DNA of 64,000 nt from positions 71,982,001 through 72,046,000 of the forward strand of contig OZ024743.1 of NCBI GenBank assembly GCA_964016885.1. Reading direction: 5' to 3'. Shown here in pieces: positions 15,421 to 30,118 of this stretch. Numbering within the stretch: position 1 is the stretch's first letter; the number at the start of each line of letters is the position of its first letter. The notes beneath the pieces are model-generated. The model ran no database searches. It was not told where the DNA came from and saw only the letters and a program-made list of their open reading frames with translations. Origin of the DNA: Eledone cirrhosa (Eukaryota). The position numbers and the translations under genes are program-made.

Positions 15421-15769
15421 TAGATATATGGTTCTAGTCCTCGAATAGATCATTTATAAGTTATTTTAAATACTAGTCAGAATTATCGGATACCACACTC
15501 TTTCAAATATCCAAGCCAGTTCTTCATTCTTGTGATAACTTCTGCATGCAATTATTAGTTCCCGTAACCCAGATCAGGATCTGTGATATTGTTTTTCCTT
15601 CTCTCAATACACCATTAACTTAGCTATCCATGAAAGTATATAGTTATGGAAATAAGATGGTTACTGGAAAACTTTATGTATTATATATAATGTTATGCTT
15701 TGCCTACATAAATAATTACATACAGGAAGATTTACGTTGATAGCACAACACTTATTTACAAGTAAAGCG

Positions 15770-15890
15770 GCAGGTCTCGCTTGGAGATCCAACCGGATCC
15801 GTTGGAGACAGTTGCTTCTAACAGAAACTACTAGAAGGAGGTGTTTGAGGGCTCTGTTCCCACGACTCTCTCATGAATAACTGGAAGAAG
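15770..15890 (+). mobile_element. RTE-like LINE 3' tail fragment
   Basis: Similar to 32200-32320; followed by a GAA-rich tail. Confidence 0.5.
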
Positions 15891-16450
15891 AAGAAGGCGA
15901 AGGAGAAGATGAAAGTAGAAGGCGAAGGAGAAGAAAAAGATACGGGCGTATGTCTAATACTTAACATTGACGTACCGTAAAGGTATTTCAGAACATATAC
16001 TTACACCTCATAAAATCAATAATCTCACCTCTAGATTCAGTAAAAGACGAATGATTTGTTAGCTGGTCATCTTGATCTCATTTTTTTCACAAAGTATATA
16101 AAAGTATTGGACTATCATTCCCAGTCTATGGTAAGAATCTAGAATATATTTCAAAACTCTACGACATATTTCAGAAAAGTTGTTAAATTATAGACAATAA
16201 TTACAAGCTTGCTATCATATTAGAATTCGTTGCAGCGCTATACGTGTAAATAAGTTGGAAATACTACAGCTTTACAGGGCCAACTATTCACTGAGATTCA
16301 AGATGTATTGAATACCGTTGATAAATTGAATATTTGTCTCTATTAGGCTTTCTGGTTCATCAGAAACGGTATACTTTTAGGTATATTTTTGCCAATAATC
16401 TGAACAATTCTTTCATACTTTCGCCAAGTTTATTACATAGATGAATGATC

Positions 16451-16520
<70 letters not shown>

Positions 16521-16639
16521 GAAGTAGGTGCTGAAGTGTGGTGTATGTGGGTGTACGTATATGTACTGATAAACTATAAAAATAAATTGTTTAACATAGT
16601 ATAGTCACTAAGCACTAAGTGAACGGAGTCTGTTAGTTG

Positions 16640-16680
<41 letters not shown>

Positions 16681-16933
16681 TATATATATATACACACATA
16701 TATGTATCCATACATACACACCACACACACACACTCACACATACACAGATATGATTTTGACATACATTACCGAAATATGGATTATAAATATATTCACTCT
16801 GTTAAAGAAGATATATTTGATTTAACCATATATTCCGTCGATATTATTGAAATAACCATAAGACATCTCTTATGCGTTATGGGACTTATCCATAAAACCC
16901 CCTTAGTGCCAGTTATACTTCGTGTGTGTGTGT

Positions 16934-17020
<87 letters not shown>

Positions 17021-17263
17021 CAATCTACGTAAGAGGGTTACCTACACGTTCTTCTATCCAGATTACTCTTTATCAATGTCTGTAATGGCTGATATATTTC
17101 TGTTCCTCGATGCAAACATATTATTTCTTGACCCATTGAATTGTTTTTTTTTTGTTTTCAGTAGAGAAAACACAAAAATCGTTCTATATGTCATTCTGAA
17201 AATTCAAATTACAAGTGACTGGCGTTGTTAATACTTTTACTATTTATATTTCAGCGTGGAAAG

Positions 17264-17600
17264 GGCGGTGGATTGATAGTGTCGGTAGAGCGACGCACAA
17301 CATGATTTATTGTATCGGATATGCCTCTTCAGAATCTGAGTTCAAATCCTGCCGATGTTAGCTTTGCCTTTCTTCGTTACGGTGTCGATAAAATAAAGTA
17401 CCAGTAATGCCCTTGGGTTGTTATAATCGACTTTCCCCTCCTCCAAAACTGTTGGCCTTGTGCTTAAATCAGTGACCAATATTTCAGCGTGGTTTATCGG
17501 TTAGAGTGTTCGTCCGCAGATTGTAACAGCGCGAGTCTGATTCCCGTCGACACTTTGTGTCCTCGAGCAAGAGACTAAATTTCCTCTTTTTTCAGACTAC
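17264..17600 (+). mobile_element. tRNA-derived SINE followed by a second SINE-type head
   Basis: Consensus copy at 17264-17481, then gcgtggtttatcggttagagtgttcg...tgtgtcctcgagcaaga. Confidence 0.7.
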
Positions 17601-19162
17601 CTGTATTGAAACAGTTGCTACTCTAATTCATTTTCACTCTGTATTTTACTGAGATCTACATTAAAATGTAGATGCACCCGTGGAATATATGGTCACTTAC
17701 ATATTACTTTCCATATGGTCATAGGTGTAATCTTGATTCAAAGATATCATTGAAAAAATCGGCAATATTTTCATATACTGTCATGACTCGTGTTAAGAGC
17801 TCGGTATGTTACATTGTAAAGGATTGAGAAGAAATGTTCAATGTAACAGACTGCAGGGAGTATTAGGTTTTCGGGTGATATAGATACATAACATTGTATA
17901 ACCTCAGTCTAACCTAATGTAATGTGGATGATGTATCACATTTACATGCGTGGGCTTCTGTTGTGTAAATCATGTACAAGAATATATGCAGAAATATGAT
18001 TCGAATTACCTACTGAACTGTCTCTGCTGAGTAAGAGAGAACAATTTCAGCTCGGGTCAGTGTTACAATTAGCAGATTTCTGATCGTTTAACTGATTTAT
18101 ATTTCAAATGGTCTGCAGTGTCGTAAATTTTGGTCGATAATTTTGTGTTGCTCATTTTTAACTTTTCTAATATGGAAAAGTCGACAATTTTCATGGCTTG
18201 GATTAAATTATAAGTTTAGAATTTTGTCTAATTTAATCAATTTAAGAATTTGAAAATCTCTACAGAATTGCTTGCTTTCTAAACTCCATGCAAAAATAGA
18301 TCATATTACAAAATCTACACCTTTTAGAACAGATGCATTTAACTTTATTTAATGTGAAAGATTGACAATTTTCATGATTAAGAATTACCTCATGATGTTG
18401 AATTTTTGCCTGTTTTTGTTGCTATTTATTTTGTATATGTGTTGGGTAATACGATGCAACGTTCAGTAACAATTCCTTCATGTAAAGAAATAATGATACC
18501 ATAATAATAATATGTGCCAATATACCGATGTTTCCTATTCGGTGATTGAAAGGACAATGTCCTGTACATAGACTCGCTCGTGCGCACACATACACACCGA
18601 CATATATACAGGATCTAGAAAAATACACACTTTTATTCATTAAATGCTATGTACGTCCAAAATGAATGCAACAATTGATGTGATTGTACGCTAATAACAC
18701 CAACAACAAAAAAAAGAAAAGTTATCTCGTAGGTTGGCAATATATATTTTAAGTTTTCATATTCTGTTCCCAGCTTCTGAAATAAAATATTCTGTTTTGT
18801 TTTGTTTAATTCGTATGGAAAACAAATTACAAAAATGTGTTTATGTTATTAGGAATTCTAAAGATTTCAAGAAATTTTCAATATACAGTAAAATTTATCA
18901 ATGATTTGTATTTTTATGTATTTTTTCAAAGTTTATTTCCAATTGTTATTTAAAATAGGCCTGCAGCCTACAGAGATGGGATACAGGTTGTGAATTTTAA
19001 ATAGTTATGGGAGGTAATTTAAAAAGTGTATGTAATGATGGGAACTACAGATGATGATTTCAACATTCAAAGCTGTTCCACTAGTGAATCATCGCCAGTA
19101 TATGGGGTCAAATTCTACAGGATTCCAAGTATTTACGCTTTTATTATTTTCTCCATCATTGA

Positions 19163-19619
19163 GGGAAGTGGAGTGGCAGTAACGGTAGAGGGTTGGACAC
19201 CATGCTTTGCAGCATTGAGTTACGGCCCTTTATGATCTGAGTTCAAATCCCGTCGAGGTTAACTTTGCTTTTCATCCTTACGGAGTCGATAAAATAAAGC
19301 ACCAGTAACGTATTGGGGCCGATTTAATCGACTTTCCGCTCCCCACAAATTACTGGCCTTGTGTATGTACTAGAAATCTTTATTCTCCCCATCATTGAGC
19401 GAGGTGGATTGGCAGTATCGGTAGAGGGTTGGACACCATATTTTTCAGCTTTGAATTACAGCCCTTTATGATCTGAGTTCAAATCGCGCCGAGGCTAACT
19501 TTGCCTTTCATCGTTACGGAGTCGATAATATAATGTACAGTCACGCACTGGGATCGATTTAATCGACTTTTGTTTCCTCCAAAATTGCTGGCGTTGTACC
19601 TATATGAGAAACCATTATT
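19163..19619 (+). mobile_element. Tandem pair of tRNA-derived SINEs
   Basis: Two copies, each preceded by a duplicated flank ctcc(c)atcattgag. Confidence 0.85.
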
Positions 19620-19697
19620 TTTCCCATCATTCGATTATTCATAATTAAAAGGCAATACTGTTCTCAGCAGACATATTCCTATTAGCTTGATATATAG

Positions 19698-19955
19698 CCT
19701 ATAGGTGGATATATAGAGTATAGGTGGCTATATAGAGTATATTTGGATATATAGTCTATAGGTGCATATATAGAATATAGGTGGATATATAGAGTATAGG
19801 TGGCTATATAGAGTATATTTGGATATATAGTCTATAGGTGCATATATAGAATATAGGTGGATATATAAAGTATAGATGGATATATAGAGTATAGGTGGAT
19901 ATGTAGTCTATAGGTGGATATATAGAGTATAGATGGATATATAGAATATAGATGG
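19698..19955. repeat. ~20-bp minisatellite (ataggtggatatatagagt-like unit)
   Basis: About 13 imperfect copies. Confidence 0.9.
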
Positions 19956-20929
19956 CGTGTTGGCAGAGTCGTAGAGTGTGCAGTAGAATGTCTTGCGGCA
20001 TTTGTTCCGTTGTGATATTCATTCATATTTCGAAGTTGTGATGTTCATCTCAGGTACATGTAAAATGAGAAGTGTTTGTATGTCACACGTAGTTAATAAT
20101 ATCCAAACGCAAGAACCATCTCTTTTGATGAGTAGCTGTTGGTGTATAGGTGGTAAATAAGATGACAAGTGAAATATTTTCCTTGGAAAGTTTGTAGAAA
20201 TCTCACCAGAACTTAACGGGAAAATCTAATCAGGTTTTCAAATAGCTGCTGCTTATCAGAAATACACTTATTCATAAGTATATGAGTACTTACTCACATT
20301 AGCGCGTATATATATATTCCGGAGTGTAGATAAATAATGAATAATAACAGGTAGACATCATAAAAAGGTAATTTATTCTGTGTGCTTACATATGTTTCCA
20401 CGGTGGTTATACAGCCTAGTTATGCTATGTGCAAATTTATAACTATTTGCAAAACTCAATTATCAAATACTGTGGCTACTGTATCCTCAGAGCAGAATGG
20501 TTAAAATGTAAAATGTAAATACCCTTAAGTGAGGTTATTGGGGAAGTTAGAGAAGAAAAGGAAGAGAGAAAAAAGGGGAGAAGGAGAGACTGAGAGAGAG
20601 ATGCATGGGTTGGAGAAATGGGAGAGAGTGGTTTGTAGAATACAGATATATTAATCAAAATGTTGTGGTAGGGGTTTTATTATGCTGGTTACTCTTAAAG
20701 CGACAACCTTAAGCGATGCGTTGATAGTTAAGGTTGGAGTTATTTCTATTTTGACTCTGTATCCAATTGAATTATATCGTTGAACATTTTTGTAATTTAA
20801 ACTTTGCTTCACGACATCTTCTACATACGGATTACACTGAGTTCTTCATACGGTTTAGACCTTACCATTGAGTGGTAGATTTATCTGTATATATATATAT
20901 ATTAAATATAGTTTCATATACATTATGTT

Positions 20930-22010
20930 AACACCATAACATGCTAACCATCCAAACAGAAACTTACATACACACACACATACATAAACACCTTCCATAT
21001 TCGAAAATAAAAACCAGAGCTAAATAACCTTAACATGCTAACCATACCCCCCCCCCGCACACATACACACACACATAACTCCCTCCCCCATTTCTACTAA
21101 CAGAATCATTTTCCTACACACACACACACATATATATTCTCTCCATCTTAACATGCTAACCATAAACCCACATAACACTCATACACACACACATAACTCC
21201 CTCCCCCATTTCTACTAATAGAATCATTTTCCTAAACACACATCAGCACACAAATAAAAATATATATCTCTACTTTCTTTATTTCAATAGAAAGTCTGAA
21301 TTTTGACACATCAGCACATCAGCCATACTTACTGAACAAGAAAAATTCTTCCCATCCATTTTTTCTTGACCATTATCCTTTGTTTGTCACAAACTTCTCT
21401 AAATGGCTACAAATAACTCCCAAATACAAACTGACGCAAAATTTAATGTACTTATTCACGTGACAGTCATAACCAATCAAATTACATTTATAAAAAAACA
21501 ACTTTCAGGGCCACTTTTTTAAGTGAAAATAACCCTGAAACACGAACTGGCGCGAAGGTTGATGTGCTTATTCACATGACTGCATCAACGAACCAAATTT
21601 CACTCATATAGGAAAAAACAATCTGAGCCAACCCCCAACCCCTTTTTAAAGGCAAATATAATGAGAACTTTGTAACGCGAACTGGCGCGAAATTTATTAT
21701 ACTTATTCACGTGACAGTCATCAACCAACCAAATTACATTTTTAAATAACCTGGCATTTCGAGCCACTTTTTTCACATTAAACAGAAGTAACATTCGAAC
21801 ACCAACCAGATGCGAGAAAACTACAAACCCTCCATCTCAATTCTACTTTTGAAAAGTATAAGAACTGTGAAACCAGTAACGGAAACAAATATTCTTAAAA
21901 GGACTTCAGTTGCATTTTCGATTTCATCTTTTTTCCTTATACATTCACTCATGCAGGACATATCGTTCTTTTTCATTTTGGAAAAAAAAAAACTCATTTT
22001 CTTATATATA
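20930..22010 (+). mobile_element. Probable PLE 3' UTR/pLTR (family F5) with internal tandem repeats and a degenerate HHR (~21846-21885)
   Basis: Three copies of taacatgctaaccat and three of cttattcac(g/a)tgac; 3' part homologous to 41128-41335 and 52413-52560. Confidence 0.5.
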
Positions 22011-22068
22011 TATATATATATATAACAATGATATTAATAAATGGAAACTATATTTATAAAACCATATT

Positions 22069-22129
22069 TATTCTATTATATATATTTCAAGGGTACCAAA
22101 ACTTTGGTACGGTTTCATCAGATAAAATA
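22069..22129 (-). ncRNA. Type I HHR in PLE pLTR
   Basis: Reverse strand tattttat-CTGATGA-aaccgtacc(aaagtttt)ggtaccctt-GAAA-tatata-TA-atagaata. Confidence 0.65.
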
Positions 22130-22926
22130 CATATAATCTAATTGTAATGATTATATATATAATATTATAACTGATAATTTAGCTAAATATCCAGGAATGA
22201 GACCTTAACAGTTCAAGATTTACCTGGATAGTGAAAGGAAAAAATGGAAGAGAGAGGGGAAAAAAATATTTCGAATTATTTAGATGAATATGCAAATGAG
22301 GTTAAAGCGTAGGGCTGAAAAAAAAAACGTTATTATTAGATGCTAGGTTAATTTAAATAATTATTAGAATATATATGTATTATAAAGAAGAAAGAAAGAA
22401 AAGCTTGTATTTATATTACTATAATGTACGTGAATTTAATAAGATTGAAACGCTAAGAATTAAAAGTTTGCTGGAGTGGTGGAATATGATTCCAGAATTC
22501 AAAAAATATTTAGCTAAATTATCAGTTATAATATTATATATATATAATCATTACAATTAGATTATATGAAGAATTATGGTTGTAGTACATTTTATCTTAC
22601 AATTTACAACAGGTTGTAAGTATATAAATATCTATATAGATTAATAAGTGTATAAATATAAATATTATTGGTGATTATATAGATGTATTAATCTGTTTAC
22701 ATTTCTAATATGAGCTACGAAGGGTGTTGATTTTATATTTTACATATATATTTAAGAAAAAGACGTAGTTCAAATTTTATGAGAAGAACAATTTGTAGAT
22801 TCAAACATTGAAAATATTTACAGAACATTATTAATTTAGCGAAATTACATATAAATTGTCATACAAGTTATTATTTCTATGTTTGCTCAGTTGTAAAGGA
22901 AAATATAACTCCAATATTATTTGTTA

Positions 22927-23107
22927 AATTGGCAGTATCGGTAGAGGGTCGGACACCATGCTTTCCAGCACAGTTACGTCCATTTACGATCTGAGTTCAA
23001 ATCCCGCCGAGGTTCACTTTGCCTTTCATCCTTACGGGGTCGATAAAATAAAGTACCAGTAATGCACTGGGTAATTGCTGGCCTTGTGCCTAAAGTAGAA
23101 ACAATTA
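22927..23107 (+). mobile_element. tRNA-derived SINE nested in the PLE UTR
   Basis: Near-consensus copy; ttatttgttaaa occurs on both sides. Confidence 0.88.
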
Positions 23108-25210
23108 TTTGTTAAACTATTAATATTAGATTTGATGAATAATTTTCTTAGAAAATGCGAAAAGTATGTAGAGAAAATTATATATTATTTTGTGTGAGAT
23201 GATAAGGTATTTTATATTACATGTTTTCAAGGATGAGAATTTCAATTATATATGTATTTGGATATTATCTACGTCTAAAGATGTATGAAAAGTTTGAAGA
23301 TTAAAGAGAGGCATAATGTATTATTAGATAAGTCAAGAATGCATTTAGAAGAACTATCGTAAAGAGGATATCTTTGATAATATCAATTAAAAAGTATCAA
23401 TCTAAAACAATATATTAAGAAGTGTATCATTAGGAAAAGAATATCAATTGGGAGAAATACTAAATTTAAGAAGAAAAAAAGATCATTTAAAAATAATTTT
23501 TTAAATTAAAAAAAAAATACCTCATTCAAAAACAGAATCATTTCAAAGATATATAAGATGAAGTCAAGTGTAATGAATATTATAGATTAAAAATACTTCG
23601 GAAAGTGGATTTTTGGCGATATTTGCAAGAACTGAATAATTCGGTTTTTAAATTAATAAAATTTTGACAGTTAATTATATAAAAAATTTCCTCGATACAC
23701 AAATGTCAGATTCTTGAGAAAACCATATTTCGGTATGCAGGTGCTTTCGAAATTGTTCCCAAAGTTATTGAATAGTCTATATTATTGTCCTTTAAATTCC
23801 AAATTAGATGTGAAAGATTTTTTATCGGACCTATTAAATGTATGTTTGTGGTTATATCATCTTTCTTTGAATTTTTTAGAAGTGGCACCTATATAGTTAA
23901 ATATTTTGTCTCTAGTTTTTACTGTACATTTATATATTAAGGTTTTGCCTAAGCAATTGTTTTGTAAAGGGCAGTTTGATTCGATTCTACAGTTACATTT
24001 TCGGGAGTTGTTACTAGAAACTGTACTATTAGTATGAATATTGTTATTAGAAATATTATTATTGTTATCTGGTTTGTTTGGTTAGAGTTTTAAATTTAAG
24101 TTTCTATTATTAATTCTATTTATATTTTGTGCCATGTCCATAGTAGTAGAGTAAGATAGTTTTATATTGTGTTTGTTAAAAATAGTGGTATCTGTGTGCT
24201 TTAGGAAAACACTTACCCAGTGCTTTGAAAAATAGTTTTGCTACAGGTGTTTTAACACCTAATGAGAATGGGGAAGAGTACCAAATAATATTTCTAGTTC
24301 TAGTTTTTTTGTTTGGTTTACTATTTAAGTTGAATTGCTTATTATAATTATAATGTTATTGTTGTCTAAGTATTTAATTTTATTCGAGTATCCTGCTCTA
24401 TGTAAAGCCTCATTGTAATATTCTGCCTTATTACCAAAAAATATTTTTATAAGCGGAGATGCGTGAAATTCGTAGCTGGACACTATTGACAATAGGATCT
24501 TTTATATTTCTAGGATGATTAGAATTGAAACTTACATAATTTACATTTTCCTTAATTTTATGGAATGAATAATAAAGACCTGAGCTAAGGTTTAAAGTTA
24601 CATCTAAGATTTTAACGATTTTATAATTATTCTCGATTTCTAAATTAAGGTTGTAGTTGTTGAAAAACTGTATTATGGATTTCTTTTTCCTATTAATTTC
24701 ACTATTGTTTTGGTTTTCGATTAAAAGTAACATATCGTCACGATATAAACCTCCGGTCATCTCTGGCATTTTTCTATGCAGTACAATAATAATAAATAAT
24801 CCAACGAGGTCTGTTACCCTAGCCGAGTCAGATGATCCCATAGTAATATCAAAATTGTTTTGTCTGTCAGCTCTTGTCCAGAGATGGTTATTAAATTCTA
24901 TTAGGGTTTTACGTGTGACTAGAATGATATTCATTTCTTCACTAGATAGGTCTGTATTTTAGAAGCAAAAATATGTGCCTTGTTAGGGTTAATAGAGGAG
25001 TACTACTTTGCAATATTCATTTGAATACATTCATGTATACATCGCTATTTCAGATCACAAATCCTAATACCTATATATATATATAGTTATGTAATAAGCA
25101 ACATAAGACAATTATATTGATTATTACATAACTAAAAAGCTCTGTAGTCTAGATAGAGCACTCCCCTTTCCTTTACTTTTCCTACGGTGACTTTTAATAT
25201 ATATATATAT

Positions 25211-25906
25211 AAATGGAATAGAATGAAACGAAATTTCATTTCTCACTCTTAGTACGGCAGTTACTTAAATGTAAGTATGTATGTATACGTACATACATAT
25301 ATGCACACATGTATATACACACATATACATACATATATGCACACATGTATATAAGCACATATGTGTTTACCGAACATTTATTATAATGCTCGGTTTGTTT
25401 GTAAACAAACAAACAGCCCGAATTACGCCGTACAATGTTTAGGCAACCACGTCACCTTTTTGTTCAACACTGACACAGGAACGATGTACTAGTTTCAAGC
25501 TTATTAACTATCGTCAGCATCGTATACCTTCCTGCCAGATGGTTGAACGTCTTAAAGTATATACTTTCCTTATGCATATTAACGGCTGAGCAGCCTAATT
25601 TGCATATCGAGTGAGTTTAGTCGGCCGGGCGCACCGAAAAACGATAAATGGAATAGAATGAAACGAAATTTCATTTCTCACTCTTAGTACGGCAGTTACT
25701 TAAATATACGTATGTATGTATGTATACGTACATACTTATATGTATACAGACGTACAGTAGTATGTATATATATACATACATGCACACATATATATATGTG
25801 TGCATGTTTGTATATATATATATGTGTGTGCATGTATGTATATATATACATACTACTGTACGTTTGTATACATATATGTATGTACGTATACATACATACA
25901 TACTTA
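25211..25906 (-). mobile_element. Dispersed, diverged copy of retrozyme family F1 (~435 bp monomer plus partial copy plus short fold-back)
   Basis: Homologous to the 57671-64000 monomer. HHR at 25481-25523 on the reverse strand: acgatg-CTGACGA-t-agtt(aata)agct-t-GAAA-ctag-TA-catcgt. Confidence 0.85.
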
Positions 25907-27704
25907 TATATATATATATATTTATACATATATATATACTTATATATAAGGTATATAAGGATAAGGTTAGTTTTTAGGAAGGGTCCAACAGAATGGGGAA
26001 TATTATTAAAAACATGTGAAATATTAATTGAAAATTCGAGAGAAAATGAGATATTAGTTTCTAATCGGACATAAATAACAGATTTAATGACACTGGTTAA
26101 ATGGACTACGAAAAATGGAAAATCTCTTCCAAGGTAACTCTATCTCGTGTTATTATTTTTTTTTACGCTCTTTCCTACGTTCCTCTACACACTATACGTC
26201 ACATTCTACATTTCCGCTTACATCTCTCTCTTCTCCACCGGATTCTGTTACCCGGAGATTTACCCATCAGCATTGTTGAGGCTTCCAAAACGACCAAATT
26301 GTTTATTATTCAACAATGCTTCAAGCAAACTTCAACAGAACACAACATCCAAGTATTTGCATCTGTAGATTTATGTAGAACTCTTTCCTTTAAGTATGTA
26401 ATTATTATATCGAATATGCTAGTGTTATCATTAAATGCTTTTGTGTCTAGTTTTGTTTCCTATTCTATTTATTTATGTTGTGTAAATGCTTCCTTGCTGT
26501 AAATGTATATTTTCCCAAAGTTTCGCAATTTTTTTTTCTCATAATTAGAAAACGGCACTAATGCAGATCACAACGTCAATGTTGGCATGAAAGTATTATG
26601 TTTACACGAAAGTATTATGTTTACATCGAAGTATTGAAATGTATCATATTTTCTGAAATTTATTTTCTGGTTTGCTGATTTAGGATGCCCTGTTGATCAG
26701 AATGTATTTCATTTTCCTGGTTTTAATATATTTTATAACTGTTAGTTTGTGGTTAGATGTTTTACATGTAGTGTTTTAATGGCATATTCATCTCCACTAT
26801 ATCAATAGAGCATTTGGACCTTATAACATCATCTAAGATTTGTGTGGTTTCACATAATGTTGTACTACATGTATTTGTGACGAAGATTTGTATTTGTATT
26901 GCACTATGCCTTCGTTTGCTGACATGTGCCATATTAAATAACGATCAAAGTATATCGTAGTTCCCATAAAAGGAATAATAAGAGTTAAAAGTGTTATCTG
27001 TTATTAAAGCAGGATTGTCTCGAAAGATAAGAAATGTGTTCGCGGTACAGCACTTCTAGAATTTATGTAAGCAGTGTACAGGTATGCTTCCTTCATATGT
27101 GAAGTAATTGTGGTTTCGTCCTGTTGAAAGACACTAAACTGAGATGAGACAATTGGAAAGTGAAGGAGAAATGACGAGTAGAATAGGAATTGGCGTTATT
27201 ACAGGCCGCAGCGAGCAGTTCTTTACTGTATAAGAGTAAAAGTGACAGATGTGGTCAGAGTTAATACACTGCATTCCGCTATTGCGGGATTTGAGATTAA
27301 CATCTTTAGTAGGAAACATGAAATTTCATACAATACACAGTCAAATGTGCTACTGACTGCATTTGTAAAATGTTATAGTTGAGATTCTATCAGGATGTTT
27401 CTGCTTAAAATTTTTCCAGTTGCTTATAAAACGATACCAATGGTTAGTAGTTAATTTAAGATTTCATGCAGACCAATCCTATGGAATTGTTATCAACACA
27501 CAACAATAAAGGTACTATATATTTCTTCTTAAACGTACAGTATATTGTAAAACCATTTATAAATTGTGAAGAATAGAGCGCCAATATTTAAACTGGAGTA
27601 AGGAAAAAGTGGGATACTGATTTGTTTGAATATAAAGAATGGTCACTAAACTATAAATACGTATCTATTCGATAAAATAATCTGTAGCAGTATATTCATG
27701 AATA

Positions 27705-28119
27705 TAATGGTTTATTATATAGGCACAAGACCATCAATTTTGGGAGAGGGGAAAATCGATTAAATCAACCCAGTGCGTGACTGGTACTTTATTTTATCGA
27801 CCCCGTAGGGATGAAGGGCAAAGTTAACCCCGGCGGGATTTGAACTCAGGCCGTAAAGGGCCGTTACGCTAAGCTGCAAAGCATAATGTCTGATGCTCTA
27901 CCGATACTGCCAATCCACTGCCCTTCATGAATATAATTGTTTCTACTTTAGGCACAAGGCCAGCAATTACCCAGTTCATTACTGGTACTTTATTTTATCG
28001 ACCCCGTAAGGATGAAAGGCAAAGTCAACCTCGGCGGGATTTGAACTCAGATCGTAAAGGGACGTACCTATGCTGAAAAGCATGGCGTCCGACCCTCTAC
28101 CGATACTGCCAATCCACTG
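27705..28119 (-). mobile_element. Tandem pair of tRNA-derived SINEs
   Basis: Two reverse-complement consensus copies. Confidence 0.85.
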
Positions 28120-28399
28120 AATATAATGATTAATAAAACACAAGGCAATGCGTTGAATAGATGATTTTATTATTGTTTTATTCCAAGCAAGCCAACAAAA
28201 GCACTAAAATACAAAAGGTTACTCCGAATGGAAAGAGACAAGACAGAACATAGATTGAGAGAACGACAAATATTGATTTTGAATTTTAGCTAATTGTCGT
28301 TTTCAAGAAAGCAAGAAGCCGGAAGACAATTCCTTAGAGAATATGTGAGGGACGAATCTATTAGAATAGATTTCATAATTTTATTTAGGAACTCCAACA

Positions 28400-29015
28400 G
28401 TGTTTAGATCGGAGTTGCCCTTCCTGCACTTAATTCAGCCTCCTCCCTTCCACGAGTGATGGTAACAGGAGACTGAATTAAGTGCAGAAATCGCAGGGGT
28501 TGGTGAAGTAATGCACCAGCTTCAGCATTCAGTAATAAGAAGAAGGTATGTTGGTGTAACGAAGTCACTATCATCAATTTGGTATTCGTGCGAACCCTTA
28601 ACTATGGTCGTGAATCTTGGATAATGACCGAAAGAATACGATCGCGACTACAAGCCACCCAAATGGCCTTTGCAGTAGCGTTACTTAATAAAGTGCGTAG
28701 CTCGGAGATCAGGGAGTCACACCAGGCAGAATGGCTACTTCTCCAAATTGGGAGACAACAGCTCTGATACTATAGACATGAGGATAGAATGTCTGAGACA
28801 AGAATTGCTGGACAGATTTTACGGGCAAAACCAGCAGGACAGAGACCCAGGTGTAGAGTCCGCACAAGATGGTTGGATAACAAACATGAGCCTGGCTGGT
28901 CTTGCTTGGGGATCGAGCCAGGTCATTTGGAGACGGATGCTTCTGACAGGATCAGCTGGAAGTAAAGTTTGAGCACTCTGCCCTCATGACCCTCGCAGGA
29001 ATAAGAGGCCGAAGA
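28400..29015 (+). mobile_element. RTE-like LINE 3' fragment with short 5' inversion
   Basis: LNYGRESWIMTERIRSRLQA.QM peptide; homologous to 31735-32330. Confidence 0.7.
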
Positions 29016-29632
29016 ATAACAAAAAACATTTCAACTGTAAAGCGATGAGGCCTGGCTAAACATTTGGTCCTACTGAATTTGAGTATACTATATACATTTC
29101 ACTATCAGTATATTCCACCAGCAGCGGGTGTAAGTCATAACATCATCGACCATATATCAATTTACAACCAGTTCGTGGGAGGCTTTTATATTTCACATGG
29201 GAATTTATTGATATTGATCTCTTGTGGTATTGATATTACTTTCATTTCGATTGCAACATTTTATGGGATTGGATCACTCCATTGAATCAACTGTGGCATA
29301 TTACAAATACGAACTTTATCATTAGGAGGTGGAAAGTAAATTGAACTTAGTTTTAAAATTGGTTGAGTAAAAGCATGAGGATACATACGGTGAATCCTAT
29401 AATTTAATGTTCTTTCATGTCAAGCAGGCTACAACATTTATAGCAGTATTGAACCATATATGTTCACTACGGGATTAGTACATTGGTCATCGATTATGGT
29501 ATATCGAGAAGTGTTGAGAATATGTATTTTCATCTCTATGCTACAATACTATAGTGTCTCTACCAAATCTGTGTGATGATTATATACATTCACAAACATA
29601 CAGATTTATTTTTTTGTACATACGCCTCACTC

Positions 29633-30118
<486 letters not shown>

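Larger units (their letters stand above)
22030..25030 (-). mobile_element. Decayed Naiad-type Penelope-like element (RT, GIY-YIG, UTR, pLTR)
   Basis: RT motifs FDITMGSSD..LVGL, GLYRDD, LDVTLNL, SNHP (24431-24934). CNCR..CPL..C and YIG motifs ~23880-24000. EN C-terminus ends at 23580. HHR in the pLTR. Confidence 0.88.

Noticed and set aside
20660-20880. Possible degenerate PLE endonuclease C-terminus on the minus strand
   Set aside because: Only a faint LN...CR resemblance; too decayed to call.
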